Shown in pieces: positions 18,321 through 27,398 of a stretch of 43,271 bases of DNA; positions within the stretch are counted from its first letter, which is position 1, and every line of letters starts with the position of its first letter. The notes under the pieces are model-generated. The model did no database searches. It had not been told where the DNA came from and worked only from the letters and a program-made list of their open reading frames with translations. The position numbers and the translations under genes are program-made. This DNA is from Armatimonadota bacterium (GTDB lineage Bacteria; Armatimonadota; Fimbriimonadia; Fimbriimonadales; GBS-DC), in the NCBI GenBank assembly GCA_037444405.1, contig JBBIML010000022.1, forward strand, positions 1 through 43,271, in the 5' to 3' direction.

Positions 18321-19796
18321 CTACAGCATGCTCACGAAGCGTTCTGTCTCGCGCGTGTAGGTGCTGAACGGGTCGCGCATATCGACCTGACGATTGCGGT
18401 CGACATACACAATATCCCAGTCGATGTAGTAGCGGTTGTAGCGTCGTTCGGCGAGGCGCTTGATGATGTAGCCGCGTGCGGCGGCGCGGGTGTTCTGCGG
18501 CGGTGTGGTGATGGCAGCTTCAATCTGCACATCGTCCACCAGCCGCTTCACCTCGCCCATCTGCTGCAGCGCGTAATACAGCCCCTGATCGGGGTGAATG
18601 TTGTGATACTCCAGATCAATCGAATGGAGCGCGTCGTCGCCCCATTGCGCGCCCGTCTCCTCCATATAGGTGCGCAGCACCTTCAGCTTGATCAGCCAGT
18701 CGATTCGGTCTTCCAGCTTTTCGGGGTCGGTTTCGAGCATATCCAGCACATACTCCCACTCCTGCAGCACCCAGTCGGTTTCGGGGTCGCGCCCCGCGAA
18801 TCGGCGTTGCGCCAGTTGCAGATAGATGCGCTGGAGGTCGATCGCGCTGATGGTGCTGCCGTCGAGCATCTGCACAATCCATTTGCGGGTGGGGTCGCGC
18901 GAGACGCTTTTGAGCGTGTGCAGAGCGTCCTGCAGGCGCAGCCAGTTCGGCAACGCGCGCGCCTCCGCCAGGTCCAGCACGAGGCAGGTCGTGCCCAGCT
19001 TGAGCGCCATCGCGTACTCGCTCATGTTGCCCTCGCCGAACAGCAGGTGCAGGCGCTGATAGTTCTGGTAGCCGTACACGCTATCCCACTTCGGATTGAT
19101 AATCGCGCGATTGAATCGCACGCGGGAGGCGTTCTCGCGCACAATATGGTCAGCTCGCTGCGAGAGCTGATAGGTCACCGTTGGGTCTGGCTCCACATTG
19201 TACACATTGGAGACCCAGATGAAGTCGATGGGGTGGTCTGCCATCTCGGAGAGGGAGGGTCGGAAGCCGGCATGTTCGAGGCGATGCCCGCCCACGCGCC
19301 CCGCGCCCGCAAAAATCTGCCGCGTGGTCAGAAACGGCAGCACCGTCTTGTGCCAGTCGGAGGGCAGGCGGTCATCGGTGCGGATCAGATAGTTTTCGTG
19401 GCAGCCGAAGGTGTGCCCCGCGAAGTGGTCAACATTGTTGTTATGGAAGCTGACGCGCTCTTCCCAGCCCAGCCCGCGCAGGATGTCGACGATGATGCGC
19501 TGACCCGCTTTTTCGTGGCGCACGAGGTCGAACAGGCTGGCGCATTCGGGCGTGGCGTACTCTAAGTGGCTGCCGACGGCATCGATGTAGAGCCGCCCGC
19601 CATTAATGAGGAACCCGCCGCTGCGGGCAGGCTCGAACGCTTCGTCGCGCGCCGTGAGGTCGATCAAGCCGAGTTTCGCCTTGTGAAAGGCGTAGTTTTT
19701 GACGGCTTCCACCACGGTCTCGGAGGTGCCGATGCGCTCATCGCGCACGAAGCAGCCGAACTCCGTCTCTATCCCAAAGATACGGCGACCGATCAT
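18321..19796 (-). CDS. pafA: Pup/UBact--protein ligase (PafA family)
   Basis: RIFGIETEFG, NGGRLYIDAVGSHLEYATPEC, GCHENY, QLSQRADH, IDLEYHNI; lies in the proteasome cluster. Confidence 0.9.
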   Translation of the reverse strand: MIGRRIFGIETEFGCFVRDERIGTSETVVEAVKNYAFHKAKLGLIDLTARDEAFEPARSGGFLINGGRLYIDAVGSHLEYATPECASLFDLVRHEKAGQRIIVDILRGLGWEERVSFHNNNVDHFAGHTFGCHENYLIRTDDRLPSDWHKTVLPFLTTRQIFAGAGRVGGHRLEHAGFRPSLSEMADHPIDFIWVSNVYNVEPDPTVTYQLSQRADHIVRENASRVRFNRAIINPKWDSVYGYQNYQRLHLLFGEGNMSEYAMALKLGTTCLVLDLAEARALPNWLRLQDALHTLKSVSRDPTRKWIVQMLDGSTISAIDLQRIYLQLAQRRFAGRDPETDWVLQEWEYVLDMLETDPEKLEDRIDWLIKLKVLRTYMEETGAQWGDDALHSIDLEYHNIHPDQGLYYALQQMGEVKRLVDDVQIEAAITTPPQNTRAAARGYIIKRLAERRYNRYYIDWDIVYVDRNRQVDMRDPFSTYTRETERFVSML

Positions 19797-19820
19797 TGTT
19801 TTTCACCCCGGCGTGTGTAT

Positions 19821-19846
19821 GTGGGGCGCGGGAACCGCGCCCCTAC
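19821..19846 (-). repeat. GTAG-type REP-like palindrome (family B) between prcA and pafA
   Basis: GTGGGGCGCGG-GAA-CCGCGCCCCTAC. Confidence 0.75.
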
Positions 19847-19862
19847 ACGCTCACACGCTCTA

Positions 19863-20615
19863 TTATAGACGACGCAGGTAGCCCTGCAGCTGTTCCGCGG
19901 GCACGATTCGGAACCGATTCTCGCGCAGGGTCTGGCGTTCCAGGATGCCCACTTCCAGCTGGGCGTCCTGCAGTTCCTCGCGCAGGCGGTCACGCGCCTG
20001 CGATTCACCAATCTGTTCCGCCTCTTCCTGGCTGGCTGCCTCTTTTGCGATGCCCCACGCCATCAGTGCGATAGGGATTACCTTCTCGAAGGTGGGCGTG
20101 CTGGCAAGCGACTCGCGAAGATAATTGTTCGTCAGCTCTTCGGCGTGGCTTGTGCCGGCGATGGCGGCGAACCGCTCGGACGGCATGAACTCGCCATCGT
20201 AGTTGAGGATATAGAACAGGTCGCTGTCGGGTGTGGCGTGCAGCTCGGCGAACAGGGCGCGCACCACAAAGGGCGTGGTGAGTGGGTCGCCGAACGCCTT
20301 CTTGAGCGCGGGGCTGAGCGCGAAGCCCACCACCCGCTGCACCGTTACATCATCAGGGCTGCGCACGAAGCCCTCCTGATGCGCGAAATCGATCGCCGCC
20401 AGCCGCAACGACTCCACATCCGCCTGATTGCCCATCGCCGAGAACATCAGGCGGTCATAGATTTCGAACACCTTGCGCCCGCGTCGGCGCGTGGTCAGCA
20501 GCAGGATGCCGTTATCGTAGCTGATGCCAATCACGGGGCTGCCCGCCTGCAAGCGATTGCGGATATACTGGGCGCGTTGCTGAATGTTCTCCTGAAAGTC
20601 GTAGGGTGTAAGCAT
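19863..20615 (-). CDS. prcA: 20S proteasome alpha subunit
   Basis: TPYD, KVFEIYDRL, DVESLRLAAID, LEVGILER; follows prcB. Confidence 0.92.
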   Translation of the reverse strand: MLTPYDFQENIQQRAQYIRNRLQAGSPVIGISYDNGILLLTTRRRGRKVFEIYDRLMFSAMGNQADVESLRLAAIDFAHQEGFVRSPDDVTVQRVVGFALSPALKKAFGDPLTTPFVVRALFAELHATPDSDLFYILNYDGEFMPSERFAAIAGTSHAEELTNNYLRESLASTPTFEKVIPIALMAWGIAKEAASQEEAEQIGESQARDRLREELQDAQLEVGILERQTLRENRFRIVPAEQLQGYLRRL

Positions 20616-20618
20616 CGG

Positions 20619-21440
20619 TTAGCCTCCGCGCAGGGAGTTCACAAGGTCTTTGAGCGTCGATTCGGGCACTTCGAACACGCCCTCGCGGTTCACATAGCGG
20701 GCGGTGGGCAGCACTTTGTCGATGCCGCCCGTCGCGGCATCCAGATCCGCCGCGATATCGAGCAGCAGCAGCGCCTCCTGCAGCACCTCTTCCAGGGGGC
20801 GCTCGCTGAAGGCGCCTTTGGTGCGGGCGATATAGTCGAACACGCCGCGGATACGCTCTGCGCCGGAGCCAGCCGCGCCGAAGTCGGGCGTTTCGAAGCG
20901 GGCACCGCTCGCATCAAAGAAGAAGATGCGCCCCGCGTCCTGGTCGGGGTCGTACGCGCTCAAAATGGGGATGAACAGCCCGATCCCGCTGAGCGCGTTC
21001 GGCAGGTTGGACGCCAGCACGCGGCTCACCTCCTGCAGTTTGCCGTCGAGGCTCATCGGCTGCAGCTGGCTGCGAGCGTAATATTTGAAGGCGTGTCGCA
21101 GGTAGCGCACCACCTCCATCGCCCGCCCGTACGCGCCCGCAATCGCAATCAGCGTCGAGTCATCGAGCGGGATAATCTTATCGGCGCGGTCGTACATCAC
21201 GGCGTTCGCGGCGGTGGCACGGCGGTCGCCCACATTCAGCACGCCGCCTTTGAACTTCACCGCGATCACGGTGGTGCCGTGGATCTCCAGCAGGGTCGGT
21301 GTGGACGCGACGGGCGTCTCGGTCGCGGGCGGACTGACGGCGCGAGCAGTATCGGCGCTCGCGAACAGGGGGAGTGTCATCCCCGTCTGCACCTGCCACT
21401 CTTTCAGCAGGCTCGCAAAATCGCCCTGATGCGCTCCCAT
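20619..21440 (-). CDS. prcB: 20S proteasome beta subunit with propeptide
   Basis: Propeptide then HG/TTVIAV catalytic Thr, GDRRATA, GSGA, DAATGG. Alternative GTG start at 21449. Confidence 0.94.
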   Translation of the reverse strand: MGAHQGDFASLLKEWQVQTGMTLPLFASADTARAVSPPATETPVASTPTLLEIHGTTVIAVKFKGGVLNVGDRRATAANAVMYDRADKIIPLDDSTLIAIAGAYGRAMEVVRYLRHAFKYYARSQLQPMSLDGKLQEVSRVLASNLPNALSGIGLFIPILSAYDPDQDAGRIFFFDASGARFETPDFGAAGSGAERIRGVFDYIARTKGAFSERPLEEVLQEALLLLDIAADLDAATGGIDKVLPTARYVNREGVFEVPESTLKDLVNSLRGG

Positions 21441-21441
21441 G

Positions 21442-21630
21442 CTACTCACCGCTGCGCTGGCGATAGCGGCGCGCCTGCTCAGGATCGATGCGCCGCATGC
21501 GCTTCAGCAGCTCGTTCGTTTCGGGTCGACGCACATCGGGGCGTGAGGGACCATCCCCATCGCTCCCCGGTTTGGTCAGCGGCTCCTGTGGAATCGGGCG
21601 CCGCAATCGTTCTTCCGCTTGCCAGATCAT
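21442..21630 (-). CDS. ubact: Ubiquitin-like protein modifier UBact
   Basis: 62 aa with a disordered N-terminus. ELLKRMRRIDP..ARRYRQRSGE ends in the R[ST]G[EQ] signature. Located between dop and prcB. Confidence 0.92.
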   Translation of the reverse strand: MIWQAEERLRRPIPQEPLTKPGSDGDGPSRPDVRRPETNELLKRMRRIDPEQARRYRQRSGE

Positions 21631-23129
21631 GATGATTGAACCTCCTTGACCATCCTGACGAAGGTCGTGATATCGGGAGCCGTCGTCAGACGGCGGCTCA
21701 GCTCGCGCAGGTCTATCTCAATCAATCGGCTCAGATCGAGCCGTGCGCTCTGATTGCCATCGCGCAACAGGATCCGCTCCCAGTTGAGTGTTTCAATCTG
21801 CTCCGCGAATCGCTGGATGCACAGCCCGCGAATGGCGGCGCGGGTGTCTAGCGGCGGCTGATGCACCGCCTGCTCAATCGCCTCCGTGCTCACCAGCGTG
21901 AGCATCTGACCCTGCTCCACCAGCGCGTAATAGAGACCCTGTTCGGGGTCCACATTATGATACTCCAGATCGAGGGCAAAAAGTGCCGGGTCGTCCCACG
22001 AAAGCCCCTCCGATTCAACATAGAGGGTCAACAGTTGCCGCTTGGCAACCCAGTCGATACGGTCGGCGAGCCGTTCAGGGTCCGTCTCCAGAAGGTCCAG
22101 CACGGTTTGCCATTCGCGCAGCAGCCAGTCGGTCTCGGCGTCGCGCCCCGCGAATCGCTCGCTCGCCGCCTGCCAGTAGGCACGCTGGATATCAATCGCG
22201 CTCATGGCGCCCATATCGGTCTCCACCAGCCATTTGAGGTCGGTGTCGCGCGAGAGGCGTTGCGCCTCGCGCACAGGGTTCGGAATGGAGAGCGGGGTGC
22301 GCCAGCCCAATTCGGTGAGGTCCAGCACGAGTGCGGTTGTGCCCACCTTGAGCGCGGTGGCATACTCGCTCATGTTCGCGTCGCCGCAGATGACATGCAG
22401 GCGCCGGTAGCGGCGCATCGGCGCGTGTGGCTCGTCCCGCGTGTTGAAGATGGGGCGCCGATAGAGCGTCTCCACATTCATAATGTCCATATAGAAGTCG
22501 GCGCGCTGCGAGAGCTGGAACGGCACGCGCGGGTTCGGCTCCGCCTCGACGCCCACCTTGCCCGCGCCCGCATAGAGCATGCGCGTCACCAGAAACGGGA
22601 GCATGTTCGCCACCAGCACCTCGAACGGCACCTCGCGCGTCGTTGAGTAGCTCTCGTGGCAGCCGTAGCTGCTGCCATGATGGTCGCTGTTGTTCTTGTA
22701 GAGGGTCAGGCGGTTGCCTGTCTGGCGTTCGTAGGCGCGGGCGCATGCAAGCACGATGCGCTCGCCTGCCTTATCGTGCGCGATTAAATCCAGCAGGCGT
22801 CGGCATTCGGGGGTGGCGTATTCGGGGTGGGCGTGGTCATTATAGAGCCGTGCGCCGTTGCCCAGCGCGTGGTCGGAGCGCACCTCACGCTCCGAAAGCG
22901 GCACGGGATGCTCGCGTTCAATCTGCGCATCGTGAGGGTCCACTTCCAGATGCTCCACGCGGAAGCCGCGCATATCGCGGCGAGGGTCTTCCAGGCGATA
23001 GTCCCAGCTTCGCACGGCGGGCAGGGGGCAACTGCGCACCACGCCAACCGCTTCCATCAGCTGGTCTGCGACCCCTCGACCCTCCACATATAAGCCGTAC
23101 TCGGTCTCAATACCCGTCAGGCGTTGCAC
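21627..23129 (-). CDS. dop: Depupylase/deamidase Dop family protein
   Basis: GIETEYG, NGARLYNDHAHPEYATPEC, YKNNSD..GSSYGCHE, RRPIFNTRDEPHA, RRLHVICGDAN. GTG start 6 nt after TATAAT. Confidence 0.92.
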   Translation of the reverse strand: MQRLTGIETEYGLYVEGRGVADQLMEAVGVVRSCPLPAVRSWDYRLEDPRRDMRGFRVEHLEVDPHDAQIEREHPVPLSEREVRSDHALGNGARLYNDHAHPEYATPECRRLLDLIAHDKAGERIVLACARAYERQTGNRLTLYKNNSDHHGSSYGCHESYSTTREVPFEVLVANMLPFLVTRMLYAGAGKVGVEAEPNPRVPFQLSQRADFYMDIMNVETLYRRPIFNTRDEPHAPMRRYRRLHVICGDANMSEYATALKVGTTALVLDLTELGWRTPLSIPNPVREAQRLSRDTDLKWLVETDMGAMSAIDIQRAYWQAASERFAGRDAETDWLLREWQTVLDLLETDPERLADRIDWVAKRQLLTLYVESEGLSWDDPALFALDLEYHNVDPEQGLYYALVEQGQMLTLVSTEAIEQAVHQPPLDTRAAIRGLCIQRFAEQIETLNWERILLRDGNQSARLDLSRLIEIDLRELSRRLTTAPDITTFVRMVKEVQSS

Positions 23130-23175
23130 GGGGTTATTATACCCCACCTGCGGGTATACTTCAGCGTCGAAATCG

Positions 23176-25086
23176 ATGCTGGGTCGTGTCTGGCGGTTGC
23201 TGATCGGTCAGCCGTTATCGACGCGCCGCGCGCGTCATGAGCGGCTCGCTGTGTGGCTTGCACTGCCTGTGTTCGCCTCGGATGCCATCTCCTCATCGGC
23301 TTACGCGACGGAGGAGATGGTGATGGTGCTGTGGGCGACGGGTGAGGCGGGATTGAAGCTGGCGTTCCCCATCTCGCTGGCAATCGTGGCGCTGCTGTTT
23401 ATCGTGGTGTTCTCCTATCGTCAGACAGTTCATGCCTATCCGCAGGGCGGTGGCGCGTTCAATGTGGCGCGTGAGAATCTGGGCGAGTTCTGGGGTCTGC
23501 TGGCGGCGGCGGCGCTGCTGGTGGGCTATGTGCTGACCGTCGCGGTGAGCATCGCGGCGGGCGTGAACGCGATTGTGTCGGCAGTGCCTGCACTGTTGCC
23601 CTATCGCGTGCCGCTCAATGTGCTGTTTATCGCCTTCATGACGCTGGTGAACCTGCGCGGCGCGCGTGAATCGGGCTATGTGTTCGCCCCGCCGACCTAC
23701 GGCTTCGTGCTGGTGTTCGGCGTGCTGATCCTGCTCGGTCTCTGGCGCGGCTTCACGGGCGATTTACAGCCCGCGCCCTACTTTGGCGCGACCACAGGGC
23801 TGAGCCTGATGGTGATTGCGCTCGCGTTCGCGCGTGGTTGCGCCGCGCTCACGGGCGTGGAAGCCATCTCCAACGGCGTGCAGGCGTTCAAACCGCCCGA
23901 ATCGCGCAATGCGGCGACCACCCTGCTGCTGATGGCGTTCATTCTGTCGGGGTTGGTGCTGGGCATCACCTACCTTGCCAGCCACTATCAGGTGGTGCCG
24001 CGCGTGGAGAACGGTCAGATCGTGGAGACGCTCAACTCGCGACTGGCGCGCACCATCCTGGAGGGCACGCCGTTCGAGTGGTTCTACTATCTGGTGCAGA
24101 TTGCCACGATGGCGATCCTGGTGCTTGCCGCCAACACCGCCTACGCCGACTTCCCGCGCCTGAGTTCGATTCTGGCGAACGCTCGCTATGCCCCGCGCCA
24201 GTTAGCCAATCTGGGCGACCGACTGGTGTTCAATAACGGTATCCTGCTGCTGGGTCTCGTGTCCGCTCTGCTGATTATCTACTTTCGGGGCGACACACAC
24301 TCGCTGATTCCGCTCTATGCGGTGGGTGTGTTCATCTCGTTCACGCTTTCGCAGGCGGGGATGGCGCGTCGTTTCCTGCGCGTGCGTCCACCACGCTGGC
24401 AACTGGGCATGCTCATCAACGGCTTCGGCGCAACCGTCACCTGCATGGTGTTCCTTACTCAGCTAATAGTCAACTTCCGCTATGGCGCGTGGATGACCGT
24501 CGTCGCGATTGGCACGCTCATCTACCTGATGTACAGGGTGCATGAGCATTACATGCAGTTGCGGGTTCAGCTGCGCCCCGATGAGCAGGCGCCTGCATCG
24601 GGGGTGCGCCGCCATCGCGTGCTGGTGCTGGTGCCCAGCGTGCATCGGGGCGTGCTGCAGGCGCTCGATTACGCCCGCCAGATCGCCCCAACCGACCAGA
24701 TCGAAGCCCTGCATGTGAATGTGGACCCGCGCCCGCCCGCCATCTACCGCCGCGTGCTGCGCCGCACCAAAGATGAAGCCACCCTCCAGCTCGTTACCCC
24801 CGCCGCCGAAAAAATGCAGCAGGAGTGGCACCGCCATGTGCCCGACATCCCCCTCAAAATCATCGATTCGGAACACCGCTCGCTCGTTGAACCCATCGAG
24901 GACTATATCGACGAGCTGATCAAACGCGAGCAACTGGATTTGCTGACCGTGATTATCCCGGAGTTCTATCCGAAGCGGTGGTGGCACCACTTACTGCACA
25001 ATCAGTCGGCGTGGATGCTGCGCCTTGCCCTGATGCGCAAGCCGAAGGTGGTCGTCACCACCGTGCGCTACTTCCTGGAGCGATAA
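23176..25086 (+). CDS. APC family permease (KimA/YdaO-like, probable K+ transporter)
   Basis: LPVFASDAISSSAYATEE, SYRQTVHAYPQGGG, NLRGARES, ALTGVEAISNGV, FPRL, PLYAVGVF, cytoplasmic tail WWHHLLHNQS. Confidence 0.9.
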   Translation: MLGRVWRLLIGQPLSTRRARHERLAVWLALPVFASDAISSSAYATEEMVMVLWATGEAGLKLAFPISLAIVALLFIVVFSYRQTVHAYPQGGGAFNVARENLGEFWGLLAAAALLVGYVLTVAVSIAAGVNAIVSAVPALLPYRVPLNVLFIAFMTLVNLRGARESGYVFAPPTYGFVLVFGVLILLGLWRGFTGDLQPAPYFGATTGLSLMVIALAFARGCAALTGVEAISNGVQAFKPPESRNAATTLLLMAFILSGLVLGITYLASHYQVVPRVENGQIVETLNSRLARTILEGTPFEWFYYLVQIATMAILVLAANTAYADFPRLSSILANARYAPRQLANLGDRLVFNNGILLLGLVSALLIIYFRGDTHSLIPLYAVGVFISFTLSQAGMARRFLRVRPPRWQLGMLINGFGATVTCMVFLTQLIVNFRYGAWMTVVAIGTLIYLMYRVHEHYMQLRVQLRPDEQAPASGVRRHRVLVLVPSVHRGVLQALDYARQIAPTDQIEALHVNVDPRPPAIYRRVLRRTKDEATLQLVTPAAEKMQQEWHRHVPDIPLKIIDSEHRSLVEPIEDYIDELIKREQLDLLTVIIPEFYPKRWWHHLLHNQSAWMLRLALMRKPKVVVTTVRYFLER

Positions 25087-25092
25087 CCGCCG

Positions 25093-25518
25093 ATGGCACG
25101 CACAATTCTGATGGCATATCGGGGCACGGAGGAGGATCGGCGGGTTCTGCGCTGGCTCTGCCGCCTGACCAGGCAGACCCGCGCCAACCTGCGGCTGGTC
25201 TATGTGCTGACCGTGCCGTTCAGCGAGCAGGTCGACGCGCCCGAACCGACAGGCTTACAGCAGGCGGAGCAGCTGCTGCTGGAGGCGGAGCGCATCGCCG
25301 AGCGCGAGGGCGTGATTGCCGCCGCCGATATTGTGCAGGCGCGCGACGCGGGCAGCGGGCTGGTCTCCGAAGCGGAGGAGCTGGATGTCGACCTGCTGGT
25401 GCTGACCGACCGTCGCCATTTGCTGCCGCTGGAGAACCCGCTCGGCTACGGCACGGTCGCCTATGTGCTGCGCCACGCCCCCTGCCCCGTCTGGGTCTGC
25501 TACGAACCCATCTCATAG
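25093..25518 (+). CDS. Universal stress protein (Usp domain)
   Basis: ILMAYRG...DLLVL...GTVAYVLRHAPCPVWV. Confidence 0.9.
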   Translation: MARTILMAYRGTEEDRRVLRWLCRLTRQTRANLRLVYVLTVPFSEQVDAPEPTGLQQAEQLLLEAERIAEREGVIAAADIVQARDAGSGLVSEAEELDVDLLVLTDRRHLLPLENPLGYGTVAYVLRHAPCPVWVCYEPIS

Positions 25519-25549
25519 CCAGGAGCAGGGTAAACTGTATGGGGAGCCT

Positions 25550-26617
25550 ATGGACGCGCACGACTATGCGAATCGGGTCTACCTGTCCGCTATAGAGGCG
25601 GCGAAGTTTCTGGGCGTCTCCGTGCGCACCGTTCACCGTCTCGTAATAGAAGGACGCCTGCCAGCGTTCGTCGCTGCCAGCGGGCAAAAACGCTTCCGAT
25701 TGCGCGACCTCGAAACACTCAAACAGAACCTCGCCTGGCTCACCAGTCTCCAGCAGCAGCCGTCCCTGTCAGAAAGCACCACGCTGACCCTCAACGGCAC
25801 AACCCAGCGAATCTATGTCAAAAATGCGCAATCGATGAAAGAGATTGAGGACAACAGCATCCATCTGGTCATCACTTCACCCCCCTATTTCAGCACGAAA
25901 ATGTACGCCCGCGAGCCTATCGAGGGCGATCTCGGTAATATCCATTCGCTGGAGGAGTGGCTCGAACAGATTGCCCTGGTCTGGCAGGAGGTCTATCGCG
26001 TGCTTCAGCCAGGGCGCAAAGCCTTCATCAATATTATGAATCTCCCCATCCGAATGGCAGATGGCAGTTTTCGCACGCTGAACCTGATGGGCAAAACCAT
26101 CGACCTGTGCGAGCGAATCGGCTTCATTTTCAAGCGCGATATTGTGTGGCACAAAACGAACTCTGTACGGGCACACTTCGGAACTTATCCCTACCCTGGA
26201 GGCATCCTCATCAATCATATGCATGAGTTCATTCTGGAGTTTGAGAAACCCGAACCTAAAGGCTTCAAGAAATATGCGCATCTCACCGAACGGCAGCGTG
26301 AGGAATCGAAACTTGACAGGGAGTTCTGGATTATGCTCAAAAAGAGCGATGTGTGGCTCATAAAGCCTGAAGGCAGTGGCGATCAGCGCAATCATGTGGC
26401 GCCATTCCCCTATGAGTTACCCTACAGGCTCATTAAAGCTTACAGTTTTGTGGGCGAAACGGTGCTGGACCCGTTCATGGGTTCAGGCACAACACTGCTG
26501 GCATGCATCGATCTGCGTCGGAACGGCATCGGGTACGAGATCAACCCGGAGATCGCGGCAGAAGCCGTTAATCGCCTGCGCAACCGTCAAATCTCTCTGT
26601 TAGAAGATATAGAGTAA
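25550..26617 (+). CDS. Beta-class N4-cytosine/N6-adenine DNA methyltransferase with N-terminal excisionase-type HTH
   Basis: EAAKFLGVSVRTVHRLVIEGRLPA HTH. TSPPY (motif IV) precedes VLDPFMGSGTT (motif I). HVAPFP. Confidence 0.92.
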   Translation: MDAHDYANRVYLSAIEAAKFLGVSVRTVHRLVIEGRLPAFVAASGQKRFRLRDLETLKQNLAWLTSLQQQPSLSESTTLTLNGTTQRIYVKNAQSMKEIEDNSIHLVITSPPYFSTKMYAREPIEGDLGNIHSLEEWLEQIALVWQEVYRVLQPGRKAFINIMNLPIRMADGSFRTLNLMGKTIDLCERIGFIFKRDIVWHKTNSVRAHFGTYPYPGGILINHMHEFILEFEKPEPKGFKKYAHLTERQREESKLDREFWIMLKKSDVWLIKPEGSGDQRNHVAPFPYELPYRLIKAYSFVGETVLDPFMGSGTTLLACIDLRRNGIGYEINPEIAAEAVNRLRNRQISLLEDIE

Positions 26618-26639
26618 AACTTTTTTATGAGGTGAAAGA

Positions 26640-27398
26640 ATGGCACAACGATGGGAAGATATAGAACACAAGATTCGCTTGATGAACACTTTGCTTGATG
26701 AGATTGAACTGAGCGTGGAGCAGGTGGTCAGCAAATATCCCGATAGTGAATTTTTGCTGCGATTGCTCGGATTGGTTGACTCGTGGACAGAAGACGATCG
26801 GAAAATTCTTGAAGAAAAGATTACAGGCACACGTCACCACCGCAATCATCGCGACGCGCGCACCTATGCTGCCAATGTGGTATTGGGATGGGTTATGCAA
26901 GATGTGGTGATACAGCAGTTGCGCAAATCAGGTTATGAGTGTGAGCCTGCAGGTGCAGATGCCCAGCGGCAACTTCTGCGTGGGCATCAAATCTCGGAAG
27001 AAGCCGACCTGCGCCTTCAAACACCCGCAGGCGAAATCTGGTGGCTGGATGTGCTAACAGACTATCCCACCCAAAAAGGTGCTTTATCCTACTGGAAGCA
27101 AACAAACAGATGCGATCTGCGCGACCAGAAATTCCAGCGCTTAGCTGAGAAGATTAAAGGAGGAGACCGGGCAGGCTTAATCGGTATCTCTACAGGCACT
27201 AAAAGTTATTTTGGATTAGAAATCACGGAAGAGATTGTGCAGGAGCTGCGGTCTCCCCCACCACGCAACAGGCGCATTTACCGCGTCGAGACGCACTGGC
27301 CATTCGGCGGTAAGCCCGCTATCACGCTTAATTTGCGACTTTTGCAAGTGCCCTTTTACCCTTTCAAGAACTTCCCTGCTGGGCTACCTTTCTTCACA
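26640..27398 (+). CDS. Putative restriction endonuclease (PD-(D/E)XK-like) with no stop codon, reading in frame into purC
   Basis: RBS GAGGTG, directly downstream of the methyltransferase, more AT-rich than the flanks. Pattern GWVMQD...EEADLRL...WLDVLTDY. The ORF continues to 28337. Confidence 0.5.

Noticed and set aside
18213..21632. Long plus-strand ORFs 18213-19565 and 20145-21632
   Set aside because: Antisense to pafA, prcA, prcB and ubact, which carry clear family motifs.
23161..23175. c-di-AMP (ydaO) riboswitch ahead of the KimA-like permease
   Set aside because: Only 15 nt separate the -10 box and the ATG.
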